Assembly: GCF_036971445.1 (NCBI RefSeq)
Contig: NC_091479.1
Span: forward strand, 15,872,001-15,936,000
Source: Narcine bancroftii
Lineage: Eukaryota
DNA length: 64,000 nucleotides
Direction of reading: 5' to 3'
The notes under the pieces were generated by a model. It saw only the letters and a program-made list of their open reading frames with translations, was not told where the DNA came from and ran no database searches. The position numbers were made by a program, and so were the translations under genes. Below, in pieces: positions 51,898 to 63,195 of this stretch. Position 1 is the first letter of the stretch. Each line of letters begins with the position of its first letter.

Positions 51898-54800
51898 TGT
51901 TGAACTGGGTGGTGATACCACCACAACACTGGCCGCACTCCTACTGGCCGACCGCAGGGAGCAACCACTGTACCTGCAGGTAGGCAACCTGGTCTAGCCC
52001 AACCTGGCCGGCTGTCAATCACCAACCTGTATAAAGAGCGCGCGGGAGGGCGAGAAGCGCGCGGGAGGGCGAGAGCGCGCGGGAGGGCGAGAGCGCGCGG
52101 GAGGGCGAGAGCGCGCGGGAGGGCGAGAGCGCGCGGGAGGGCGAGAGCGCGCGGGAGGGCGAGAGCGCGCGGGAGGGCGAGAGCGCGCGGGAGGGCGAGA
52201 GCGCGCGGGAGGGCGAGAGCGCGCGGGAGGGCGAGAGCGCGCGGGAGGGCGAGAGCGCGCGGGAGGGCGAGAGCGCGCGGGAGGGCGAGAGCGCGCGGGA
52301 GGGCGAGAGCGCGCGGGAGGGCGAGAGCGCGCGGGAGGGCGAGAGCGCGCGGGAGGGCGAGAGGGCGCGGGAGGGCGAGAGCGCGCGGGAGGGCGAGAGG
52401 GCGCGGGAGGGCGAGAGGGCGCGGGAGGGCGAGAGGGCGCGGGAGGGCGAGAGGGCGCGGGAGGGCGAGAGGGCGCGGGAGGGCGAGAGGGCGCGGGAGG
52501 GCGAGAGGGCGCGGGAGGGCGAGAGGGCGCGGGAGGGCGAGAGGGCGCGGGAGGGCGAGAGGGCGCGGGAGGGCGAGAGGGCGCGGGAGGGCGAGAGGGC
52601 GCGGGAGGGCGAGAGGGCGCGGGAGGGCGAGAGGGCGCGGGAGGGCGGAGGGCGCGGGAGGGCGAGAGGGCGCGGGAGGGCGAGAGGGCGCGGGAGGGCG
52701 AGAGGGCGCGGGAGGGCGAGAGGGCGCGGGAGGGCGAGAGGGCGCGGGAGGGCGAGAGGGCGCGGGAGGGCGAGAGGGCGCGGGAGGGCGAGAGGGCGCG
52801 GGAGGGCGAGAGGGCGCGGAGGGCGAGAGGGCGCGGGAGGGCGAGAGGGCGCGGGAGGGCGAGAGGGCGCGGGAGGGCGAGAGGGCGCGGGAGGGCGAGA
52901 GGGCGCGGGAGGGCGAGAGGGCGCGGGAGGGCGAGAGGGCGCGGGAGGGCGAGAGGGCGCGGGAGGGCGAGAGGGCGCGGGAGGGCGAGAGGGCGCGGGA
53001 GGGCGAGAGGGCGCGGGAGGGCGAGAGGCGCGAGAGGGCGCTGGGCTAGAGGGCCGGGAGGGCGAGGGCGGAGGGCGAGAGGGCGCGGGAGGGCGAGAGG
53101 GCGCGGGAGGGCGAGAGGGCGCGGGAGGGCGAGAGGGCGCGGGAGGGCGAGAGGGCGCGGGAGGGCGAGAGGGCGCGGGAGGGCGAGAGGGCGCGGGAGG
53201 GCGAGAGGGCGCGGGAGGGCGAGAGGGCGCGGGAGGGCGAGAGGGCGCGGAGGGCGAGAGGGCGCGGGAGGGCGAGAGGGCGCGGGAGGGCGAGAGGGCG
53301 CGGGAGGGCGAGAGGGCGCGGGAGGGCGAGAGGGCGCGGGAGGGCGAGAGGGCGCGGGAGGGCGAGAGGGCGCGGGAGGGCGAGAGGGCGCGGGAGGGCG
53401 AGAGGGCGCGGGAGGGCGAGAGGGCGCGGGAGGGCGAGAGGGCGCGGGAGGGCGAGAGGGCGCGGGAGGGCGAGAGGGCGCGGGAGGGCGAGAGGGCGCG
53501 GGAGGGCGAGAGGGCGCGGGAGGGCGAGAGGGCGCGGGAGGGCGAGAGGGCGCGGGAGGGCGAGAGGCGCGGGAGGGCGAGAGGGCGCGGGAGGGCGAGA
53601 GCGCGCGGGAGGGCGAGAGGCGCGGGAGGGCGAGAGCGCGCGGGAGGGCGAGAGCGCGCGGGAGGGCGAGAGCGCGCGGGAGGGCGAGAGCGCGCGGGAG
53701 GGCGAGAGCGCGCGGGAGGCGAGAGCGCGCGGGAGGGCGAGAGCGCGCGGGAGGGCGAGAGCGCGCGGGAGGGCGAGAGCGCGCGGGAGGGCGAGAGCGC
53801 GCGGGAGGGCGAGAGCGCGCGGGAGGGCGAGAGCGCGCGGGAGGGCGAGAGCGCGCGGGAGGGCGAGAGCGCGCGGAGGGCGAGAGCGCGCGGGAGGGCG
53901 AGAGCGCGCGGGAGGGCGAGAGCGCGCGGGAGGGCGAGAGCGCGCGGGAGGGCGAGAGCGCGCGGGAGGGCGAGAGCGCGCGGGAGGGCGAGAGCGCGCG
54001 GGAGGGCGAGAGCGCGCGGGAGGGCGAGAGCGCGCGGGAGGGCGAGAGCGCGCGGGAGGGCGAGAGCGCGCGGGAGGGCGAGAGCGCGCGGGAGGGCGAG
54101 AGCGCGCGGGAGGGCGAGAGCGCGCGGGAGGGCGAGAGCGCGCGGGAGGGCGAGAGCGCGCGGGAGGGCGAGAGCGCGCGGGAGGGCGAGAGCGCGCGGG
54201 AGGGCGAGAGCGCGCGGGAGGGCGAGAGCGCGCGGGAGGGCGAGAGCGCGCGGGAGGGCGAGAGCGCGCGGGAGGGCGAGAGCGCGCGGGAGGGCGAGAG
54301 CGCGCGGGAGGGCGAGAGCGCGCGGGAGGGCGAGAGCGCGCGGGAGGGCGAGAGCGCGCGGGAGGGCGAGAGCGCGCGGGAGGGCGAGAGCGCGCGTGAG
54401 GGCGAGAGCGCGCGGGAGGGCGAGAGCGCGCGGGAGGGCGAGAGCGCGCGGGAGGGCGAGAGCGCGCGGGAGGGCGAGAGCGCGCGGGAGGGCGAGAGCG
54501 CGCGGGAGGGCGAGAGCGCGCGGGAGGGCGAGAGCGCGCGGGAGGGCGAGAGCGCGCGGGAGGGCGAGAGCGCGCGGGAGGGCGAGAGCGCGCGGGAGGG
54601 CGAGAGCGCGCGGGAGGGCGAGAGCGCGCGGGAGGGCGAGAGCGCGCGGGAGGGCGAGAGCGCGCGGGAGGGCGAGAGCGCGCGGGAGGGCGAGAGCGCG
54701 CGGGAGGGCGAGAGCGCGCGGGAGGGCGAGAGCGCGCGGGAGGGCGAGAGCGCGCGGGAGGGCGAGAGCGCGCGGGAGGGCGAGAGCGCGCGGGAGGGCG

Positions 54801-55274
54801 AGAGCGCGCGGGAGGGCGAGAGCGCGCGGGAGGGCGAGAGCGCGCGGGAGGGCGAGAGCGCGCGGGAGGGCGAGAGCGCGCGGAGGGCGAGAGCGCGCGG
54901 GAGGGCGAGAGCGCGCGGGAGGGCGAGAGCGCGCGGGAGGGCGAGAGCGCGCGGGAGGGCGAGAGCGCGCGGGAGGGCGAGAGCGCGCGGGAGGGCGAGA
55001 GCGCGCGGGAGGGCGAGAGCGCGCGGGAGGGGCGAGAGCGCGCGGGAGGGCGAGAGCGCGCGGGAGGGCGAGAGCGCGCGGGAGGGCGAGAGCGCGCGGG
55101 AGGGCGAGAGCGCGCGGGAGGGCGAGAGCGCGCGGGAGGGCGAGAGCGCGCGGGAGGGCGAGAGCAGGTCAGAGGACTCCATTTTGCTCAACACACATCA
55201 GGTTTAGCTCATTATACAAATAGACTGGTTGCCTGCCTGGTCAACCCGTGGAATAAATAATGGATATGTCAACA
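51898..55274 (+). mobile_element. Small LTR-like element hosting the satellite
   Basis: Ends tgttga...tcaaca; ctgtcaatca then tataaa at 52030-52035; aataaa at 55252-55257; no TSD seen. Confidence 0.45.
52035..55165 (+). repeat. 18-bp GC-rich satellite, about 174 units
   Basis: Unit agagcgcgcgggagggcg, with variant agagggcgcgggagggcg in a central block. Confidence 0.97.
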
Positions 55275-55849
55275 GGCCAAATTCTCGGAGCATACAAACT
55301 GCCTTCTATGACTGTATCTAGCACATGGAACTTGCCAGCATGCTTACACATGTGAGGAAGTCATCACATCCAAACATCTTGACAAAGGGTCCAGATCCAC
55401 AACACTGACTGGAAATTTCTACTCAGGGACGCTGTCTGACCTGCTGAGTTGCACCAGCAATTTTTTATCTGTCCAAGATTCCAGCCGCTACAGGTTTTCC
55501 CTTTCACCAAACATCAGCCTTACTGCTAGTCTGAAAGCACAGATGAATAACAATCCATAAATAAATAACTCAGGAATCAGGGTTTGTTTACTTTTTCAAA
55601 CTAAATGTGTGTTAGAATTAAAAGCTTATCTGGATTAGGCATTGAGTTCCCGGTTGTGTAAAATAATTCTCTGCTACATCCAACAAGTTAATCATCTTCT
55701 TCCACAGTCCCTCAAGATTGAGGTCTGACTCCAGTTTTGCAGGTTTGGAGGTCAGTGACAAAGCCAATGGCTTTGGGGAACCAGGAATGGTGCCCGGGAT
55801 TCACGATGGGTTACTAACAGACCACGGGCACTGACAGTTTCCCAACTCC

Positions 55850-56090
55850 CCAATGGCATTGTCAGGAGTTTGCGGAGGTCTGGTGTGACACCAGAGATAC
55901 TGGCAAATTTCTACAGAGGTGCGGTGGAAAGTGTGCTGACCAGCTGCATCACAGTCTGGTATTGGGACACCAATACCCGAGCGTAAAATCCTCCAAAAGT
56001 AAGTGAACACAGCCCAAAACATTGTAGACAAAACCCTCCCCACTATTGAGTACATTTACAGGGAACATTGCCATCAGAAAGCAGCAGGTC
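55850..56090 (+). mobile_element. Rex1/Babar RT fragment
   Basis: LANFYRGAVESVLTSCITVWYW. Confidence 0.8.
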
Positions 56091-56658
56091 ACATCCAACC
56101 AAAGCCTGTGTGTCGCATCAATTTCAAGTCCACGTGTCAACACTGAATTTCCAAAATGGAACCTTGAACTGCCTTCCGAGAATTGTGTCTTCTGCAGAGG
56201 AGGCTTAGGGTACCACACACACCCACACCCCTCAGTATATTCGTGCACATTTGGGTGTTAAGTTAGATTGGTGTAGACAAGTTTAGATAAGTTAGCTAAA
56301 TTAGATAAAGTGTTATATTATTGTTTATTCATAATTAAAAATATTATTTTAAATACCACACATCTGGGCTCATTTTTACTGCTGTTGTCCAGTACATAAC
56401 AATTGGTCAGCAGGGACGTCGAACAACTGGACAAACTCAACAGCTGCAGACCAGAAATTGATATGGGGGAGTTTTGGAAGCAGATATGAATGATGGACAG
56501 AAGTGATTGAAAGCATTAATTAGCACTGTGGAGTCTCAATGCAGATTAACCAGCTGTGATGATGCAAGTTACCAGTCTGCCCCTAACATTACACACAACC
56601 TGGATCACGAGCCCCAGTTTCGACACAAAGCTAAGGCAAGCTTGATTAGTATACTACC

Positions 56659-56738
56659 CAGATGGGGCAATGACAACTCCAATAATATTGTCTCGATCAG
56701 ATGGGGCAATGACAACTCCAATAATATTGTCTCGATCA
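56659..56738. repeat. Perfect 39-bp tandem duplication
   Basis: cagatggggcaatgacaactccaataatattgtctcgat twice. Confidence 0.95.
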
Positions 56739-56889
56739 CCGGTAAGAGTGGCACGATGCTACCACAGCGCCAGCGACTCCGGTTTGAATCCAGCACTGCC
56801 TATAATGGGTTTCTACAATCTCCCTGTGTCTGTGTGGGTTTCCTCCCATTCTTTAAAACGTACTGGGGTTGCAGGTAAATTGGGATGTA

Positions 56890-57081
56890 CAGGCAGCCCC
56901 CAGGTTACGAACGAGTTCCATTATCTGTATGTCCAAAAGCTGAATTTGTACATAAAGCACAACCGGTACGGTTCATATTTACTGTTCGTGAGGTAACATT
57001 ATTCATATGCACGAATTGGGGAACAGCACGTTCATAAGTACGAGTTGTTCGTAAACCCAGACATTCCTAATCTGGGGCCTG
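56890..57081. mobile_element. Tigger-like MITE
   Basis: ta|caggcagcccccaggttacgaac ... ctggggcctg|ta. Confidence 0.6.
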
Positions 57082-57109
57082 TAATCGGCTTCAACTGTTC
57101 TGATCCCTT

Positions 57110-57610
57110 AACACCAGCCAAGAATGCCCAGCAGCACCTCTACTTCCTGCGAAGGCTGAGGAAAGTTCCTCTCCCACCCTCCATCCTCACTGCATTCAAC
57201 TGTACCACCTTGGACCATAAAACCATGCAAAGGATGACGAAGGGGATTGTTGGGGGCTCTCTTCCCACCATGACGGATGTCGACACGGATGCAGGCGAAA
57301 AGCAATAAACATTGTGAAGGGCTCCACACACCCCTCACGAAAACTGTTCTCACTTCTGCCATCTGGTAGGAGGTACCTTAGCACTCGGGCCCTCATGTCC
57401 GGATCGGGCAACAGTTTTTACCCCCAAGCCATCAAGCTCCTTAGTTCCCAGAACTCGTGGATAGGGCACCGTGGACTTTTACTGTATATGACTTTTAACT
57501 TCTATTCTAAGTTCTATTTAAGTAAATCTGCTCTGTGATCCTGGAGAAACGCTATCTCACCTTTACTGTGCAGTGCACGGTGTGAACAACAATTAAAGGG
57601 GACTTCACTT
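57110..57610 (+). mobile_element. Rex/Babar-like LINE 3' fragment
   Basis: KNAQQHLYFLRRLRK; THPSRKLFSLLPSGRRY...NSFYPQAIKLL. Confidence 0.8.
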
Positions 57611-58062
57611 TGTAATTTTTTTTTAATTAAATTTAAGAACATTGTGAAAAGATTTGAAATTCGCTCCTCATGGTCTTATTATTACCTCATGACATCAATT
57701 CGAATTTCTCAAAGATGCTCTTAAAGTCCAACCTCTTTTATTGTCGAATCAGAGGAGTGGATTGGGAACAGATCCAAAACAAGACAGCGGGTTTATGGAA
57801 CAAACAGTAGGGTGGGTGGGTGGGGCTTGATCAGTTCCACACAAAAGGAGCTTATTCAACCAGTGGCAACTGTCAATAGAGCAATCCCACCGATCTCGCA
57901 GAACCCCCCCACCCCCCGCAACCTTTTTTCCATCCCTCCCTCACACACTTTGCATTGGTCGTCTTAGACACTTATCTGTGCTACGAGTAATTTTCCACAT
58001 TCCCAAAACAAAGCTCAGGCCCAAAAATATCGACAACTCTTTACTTTCCACGGATGCTACAT

Positions 58063-58292
58063 TGCGGTGATATGTTTCCTTCATTGTATATAATTCTCAT
58101 TCTTGTATATATGGAGCTGGCCCCGCCCACTGATAATTCATACCCTACGACTCGTCCACCGTGGTCCTGGGCCACAAAGGTCGAGCCACCTCTTCCCTTG
58201 CTGCCATTCCCATCCTGGGATCCGGGCCAGCAAGGTGTATTAATGCTATCATTTCCTCAGCTTGTCTCTGTGGTTACTGGTAGTGCCCTACA
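58063..58292 (+). mobile_element. Small solo LTR (~230 bp) nested in a Penelope terminus
   Basis: TG...CA ends, GC box ggccccgccc, flanks tacat/tgcgt; host repeat resumes afterwards. Confidence 0.55.
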
Positions 58293-59189
58293 TGCGTGAC
58301 CTACCATGTTTCTTCAGCACATTTGTGTGATGCACCAGACCCCAGCGTCTGAAGATGAGAAGCAAGGGACGGGACCTGGAGAGAAGGGGCGTGGACTGTC
58401 ATGAGGCGGGGCCTGGGTGCAGGGTCTGGGGCGTCACAAGGTGGTGTCTGAGCCTGGGGTGGAGCCCGAGCCGTGAGGCGGGGCCTGGGGAGGAGGGTGG
58501 AGCCCGAGCCGAGGCGGGGCCTGAGGAGGAGAGGGGAGGTTACCAGATACAAATCTCTCTTCAGCATCTGTCCAGCCTCCTAATCTGTCAGAACGTTCTC
58601 AAACAACGGGCTCCAAATCTATGATAGATCATTAAGATTAAGCTGATACCATGTAATTACTAGAAATTGCATCAAATATAATTCTCATCCTGTTTTTCCT
58701 TACAAGAAGGTGTGATTGCTGCGGCAAAGACATCCGTATCACTGAAAAACAGGCACCTTATCACAGTCTATTATTCCCCTTGCGCGTTGCAGCTCCGCCG
58801 GTTGATGCAATTCATCATCTGCCACCCAGTGTCCATAGTTTCTTGGAACTGGACAGGCTGCTAATTTTGGAGAAGGTCATTTGGGTGATACAGTGCCTTA
58901 TTCCAGGAGTATGACAGTCGATGACACTTCACCTTAAGAAGCTTTGCAGAGATTATGGTTTCTCCTTAATGAGAACAGTGAATCCCACTTTAACAGGCCT
59001 TTCAGTACTGACATTGTCTGTGGCTTTGCAAATATAGTCGTCACTCTGTAATCATCAAGGAACAGGTTTCCGTGGAGACTTTTGGGGAAATATTTCTTTG
59101 ATGGGTTTAACATGATGTGGAATAAAATTAATTTGAGGCATCTTGCTTAAAGGACTTGTTTCAGAATTAAAAGACCTCACTTATTTGTG

Positions 59190-59670
59190 CTGACGTTGGA
59201 GAGGGTTCAGAGAAGATTTACTAGAATGATACCAGGAAAGGGTTAGCACATGAGGAACGATTTGTCAGCTCCTGGACTGTAGTCGTTGGCGTACAGAAAG
59301 ATGAGGGGGGCCTCCAAGAGACATTTCAAATGCTGGAGGGCTGGATAGAGTAGATGAGGCAAGGATGTTTCCCATGGCTGGGGAGTCAAGGACAAAAGGG
59401 CACAACTGCAGGATAAAAGGGCATCAATTTAAAACAGTGTCGCCTTTAATGTTCTTTAGGGTGGCGAGTCTGTGGAACATGTTGCCACAGGCGGCTGTGG
59501 ACGCGAGGTCATTGGGTGTATGTGTATTTAAGGCAGAGATTGACAGGGATTTGATTAGTCTGGGTATCGAGGGTTACGGGGAGTGGGGCTGAGTGGGAGG
59601 ATGGATCAGCTCATGGTAGAACAGTGGGCCAGACACGATGGGCTGACTGGCCTACTTCTGCTTCCTACAT
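59190..59670 (+). mobile_element. CR1 LINE 3' end
   Basis: LERVQRRFTRMIPG; MFPMAGESRTKGH...LWNMLPQAAVDA...FKAEIDR. Confidence 0.85.
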
Positions 59671-60695
59671 CGAATATTTTGAGGTTACTTGTGGTGCACA
59701 GATCACTCCAGACAGATTAATGGATGATCATTGCGGGGAGTTGGTGCGGGAACAGTTGGGTTCACAATCTCTTTTTAACGGTGATCCTGTTGACCTTGGA
59801 ATGTGCAATTCCTCCTTTTGATCCTTGACCAGCAAACTGCTTACAGATGGGGTCGGATTTATCATGGCCATGGTTCGAATCCGCCGTTGTCCATAAGAGG
59901 CTTGTACATTCTCCCCGTGTCTGCATGGGTTTCCAGCCCACAAGCCTGCGCAACCCAAGTACACCCCCGTGCCCAATTAACCGACCAACTGGGAGGAAAG
60001 CAGAGTGCCGGTAGGAAACCCACGCAGACGCGGGATTGGGGGGGACGTACAAACTCCATACAGACAGCGGCAGATTCTAACCCTCATTGCTGGCACAGTA
60101 ATAGCGTTGCACAAACCGCTATGCAAAACGTGCCGCCCTCGACGGAGGTCAATTCCCCACCCTCTTCCCTTTTGATGATGTTTGTCCATGGTCTCAAGCA
60201 CTGTCAGACTGAGACCATCCACGAAATGGAGGAATAGCAGCTCATCTTCTGTGTGGGGAATCTCCAACCAGACGGCATTAACATCGACTCGTCCTGTTTC
60301 TGTTAAACCCCCTTCCCCATCTTCGACCCCTCTAGTTTTGTTTCTCTCTCACTTCCCTTTTCTAACACCTCGTATCTGTTGGACTGGACTTCTCACCCCC
60401 CCTGTTTTTTTAAAGGACGTATAGTACATCATGGTTAAACAAGTCTGTGCCGCCAAATTTACCCCCAATTAACCTACATCCCAAGTACGTTTTGAATGGT
60501 GGGAGGAAACCGGAGCCCGGCGGGAAAAATCCACACAGCCATGGGGAGAACGTACAAACTCCTTACAGACAGTGCAGAATTTGAGCCCTGGTCCCAATTG
60601 CTGGCGCTGTGAAGGTGTGGCACTAACCGCAAACCGTGCTCTTCCCCCTTTCTCTCCTCAGTCTTTATTCAGACGTCTGCCTGCTTTTTGCTTGA

Positions 60696-60729
60696 ACCTT
60701 GAAGAAGGGCTCAGGCCTGAAACGTTGCC
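60696..60729 (+). ncRNA. Minimal type-I hammerhead ribozyme-like motif in a Penelope pseudo-LTR (element about 60140-60780, split by a SINE)
   Basis: acc-UUGAAGA-a-gggc-ucag-gccu-GAAA-cg-UU: core boxes, stem II and an ACGU palindrome in place of stem III. Activity untested. Confidence 0.45.
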
Positions 60730-61114
60730 AAAACATGGACACTGCGAGGCCGGCTGAGTTCCTCCAGCACAATTTTAACAAGGACAGTGTTTGCAGACAT
60801 GTGTTTCACTCGATGGGTATCGCACCTTGCTTCTGAAATTTGGAGTGACTGAAGTTGACTGCATGGATTCTCAGATCTGGACAACATCGTTGGGTTGCAA
60901 TTGCACACTCCATGCTTTCGAGGACACATTTCCTTTTCTACATGCCTTCCTTTCTGAGATAGGCCTGGGACTGAACATATCAGCCACCTTTGTATCCATT
61001 TACAGGTACTCCCCAACTTGCAACCTACGTCCATCCGCGCATACAGTCAATTTTTTAAAAAATAAAGAACAAATATAAAACTTTTGCGATTACGGTGAAA
61101 AACCAGGCCGATCT

Positions 61115-61326
61115 TTGGTGGCCGCCACGTCGGTTGATGGCCAACCTCTCGCGAGACCGGGCCTTGGTGGCCGCCACGTCGGCTGGTGGCCAACCTCTCG
61201 CGAGACCGGGCCTTGGTGGCCGCCACGTCGGCTGGTGACCAACCTCTCGCGAGAGCGGGCCTTGGTGGCCGCCATGTCGGCTGGTGGCCAACCTCTCGTG
61301 AGAGCAGGTCTTGGTGGCTGCCACGT
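61115..61326. repeat. 49-bp GC-rich minisatellite, about 4.3 units
   Basis: Unit ggtggccgccacgtcggctggtggccaacctctcgcgagaccgggcctt starting at 61117, 61166, 61215, 61264 and 61313. Confidence 0.95.
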
Positions 61327-62339
61327 TGAGATATTTCATCACATTTGAAATCCTTGTACTACAATGGGACGGGTGCAATCACTTAACTTCAATCTGCGTG
61401 GTCAGAATGGAGACAGAACTTTCATCTTGGAGCTGAGGCAGTGCACGTTTGTCAACCTTTTCTTAAGGGACACATAAATCACAGCTCCGGCTGGTTTGAA
61501 AAGTTAAGAGATGGTAGCACTGAACCTTAACTAAGATATCGGAAAGACTGAAATTCATTGCAGAGAGAAAGATAGGAGGCTCAGGATTGTTCTAATTGCT
61601 TCGCATAATAGCGTCATAAACATGTCACAAACGGATTACAAAAGAGTCGTGCTTTTTGTTTAGATCAATAGCAGATGTACTTGCCAAGCTCCACCACCAT
61701 TCCTTGGTCTGCTTAAGATTCCAGTATCTGCAACTTTGGCATTACCTTTCAATTAATTTAGAGACACAGCATGGTAACAGGCCCTCCGCTCTGCCTAAAT
61801 ATACCCACGTTTCCAATTGACCTGCTAACCCCCGCACGTCTTTGGAATGTGCCAGGAGACCCAAAGGAAAGCCCATGGAGTGGGATGGGGGGGAGATAAT
61901 GTATAAACACCTTACAGACAGCAGGGGATCACTGCAATCCCAGGTAATTGGCGCAGTTATGGCATCAAACTAACCATGCCTCCTGAAACCAATGCCTCGA
62001 TTGGCCCCACCCGCACCAGGTAGATGTGCCAGACCACAGTCTGGAGTCCTTCCATTACCCGGCATTGAGGGGTTGAGACAGATGGGCAGCCCCACAAACA
62101 AGAGAGGGGGGGAATATCGACAAGGTGTCACAGTGGTGGAGATGCTGGGAACAGAACATGGGACCGCTGTAGTGATGGAAATGTACATGTGTGACATTAA
62201 GATTGACTTTGAACGGTTTTCTTCCATTTTGTAACTAATTTATTGTGAATAAAGTCTATTTTTGGTCTTGAAAATTCTGCAATTGGCCCATTTCAAATTG
62301 TTTTGGAGCATCATAACATGTGTGAACATCAGGAGAGAG

Positions 62340-62635
62340 GTGTCAGTGCCACAAGACTCGCATCACCAGGTTCAGGAACAACTGCTCCCCCTCCACCGTC
62401 AGGCAAACTCAATCAGGGACGCATCTACTTGTGCACTTTATTGATTTTTTTTAAAATTCTCTCTGTATTGCACAATTTATTTCCAATTCGTTATCGGTAC
62501 ACAGATTTTTAAAATTTGTGCAATTTTTTAATATCACTCAAACAATAAGTGGTAATTCTGCCTGGCCCGCAGGAAAAAGAATTTCAGGGTTGTATGCGAT
62601 ATCATGAATGCATTCCGACCATAAATCTGAAATCT
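62340..62635 (+). mobile_element. Rex1/Babar LINE 3' UTR
   Basis: Same 3' end as the 6890 and 47530 copies. Confidence 0.75.
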
Positions 62636-62923
62636 GAGACCATAAGATATAGGAGTGGAAATAGGCCGTTCATCCTGTCGAATCTGCCTCTGTCGTTCCA
62701 CGAGCTGATCTATTCTTCCACTCACCCCGACTCCCCTGACTATTCAGATAGCTATCAATCTCCGCCTTCAGGAAACCCAATGGCCTGGCCTCCAACAGCT
62801 GCCTGTGGTAGCAAAATTCCAGAGGTTCACCACCCTCTGGCTAAAGAATTCCTACACATCTCTGCTTTAAATGGGTGTCCTTCAGTCCGAGGGGAGACGG
62901 TGACAGTGGGAGAAACCCCACGA

Positions 62924-63042
62924 CAGTGGTTCCCAACCTTTTTCTTTCCACTCGCATCCCACTTTAAGTAATCCCTACGCCAACAGTGTTCTGGAATTAG
63001 GAAGGGATTGCTTAAGGTGGTGAAAATGGTTGAGAACCCCTG
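62924..63042. mobile_element. Monomeric hAT MITE module
   Basis: TIRs cagtggttcccaacc / ggttgagaacccctg; TSD ccccacga/ccccaaga. Confidence 0.85.
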
Positions 63043-63195
63043 CCCCAAGATGTCCTGAACCATTATCATTTGGAAGCCACTCTGGAAAGAACAATGTGGA
63101 CCAGTGAGGTGATAGATCTCCCCACACGCTCGGGTCTGAGATCATTTATCCTCCAAGGTAGCGCAGGCCTCGAGTGGCCGAGGAGCAGGACTGAC

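Larger units (their letters stand above)
18063..63195 (-). other. CD276: ~45 kb CD276 intron between the IgC and TM exons
   Basis: GT-AG ends, compatible phase, no intervening Ig exon recognised. Spans two N gaps. Confidence 0.8.

Noticed and set aside
52015-55223. 1059-aa and 275-aa ORFs (RALSPS/RARARG repeats)
   Set aside because: They are open only because the satellite has almost no T on the plus strand and no A on the minus strand, so stop codons cannot form. The frame shifts at single-base indels.
56402-56425. Possible primer-binding site after an LTR-like end (…cataaca attggtcagcagg)
   Set aside because: I cannot match it to a tRNA 3' end, and no gag sequence is recognisable downstream.
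61115-61326. 49-bp repeat (and the ~50-bp repeats at 5640-6045) as CRISPR-like arrays
   Set aside because: Contiguous units with no unique spacers, eukaryotic context, no cas genes.
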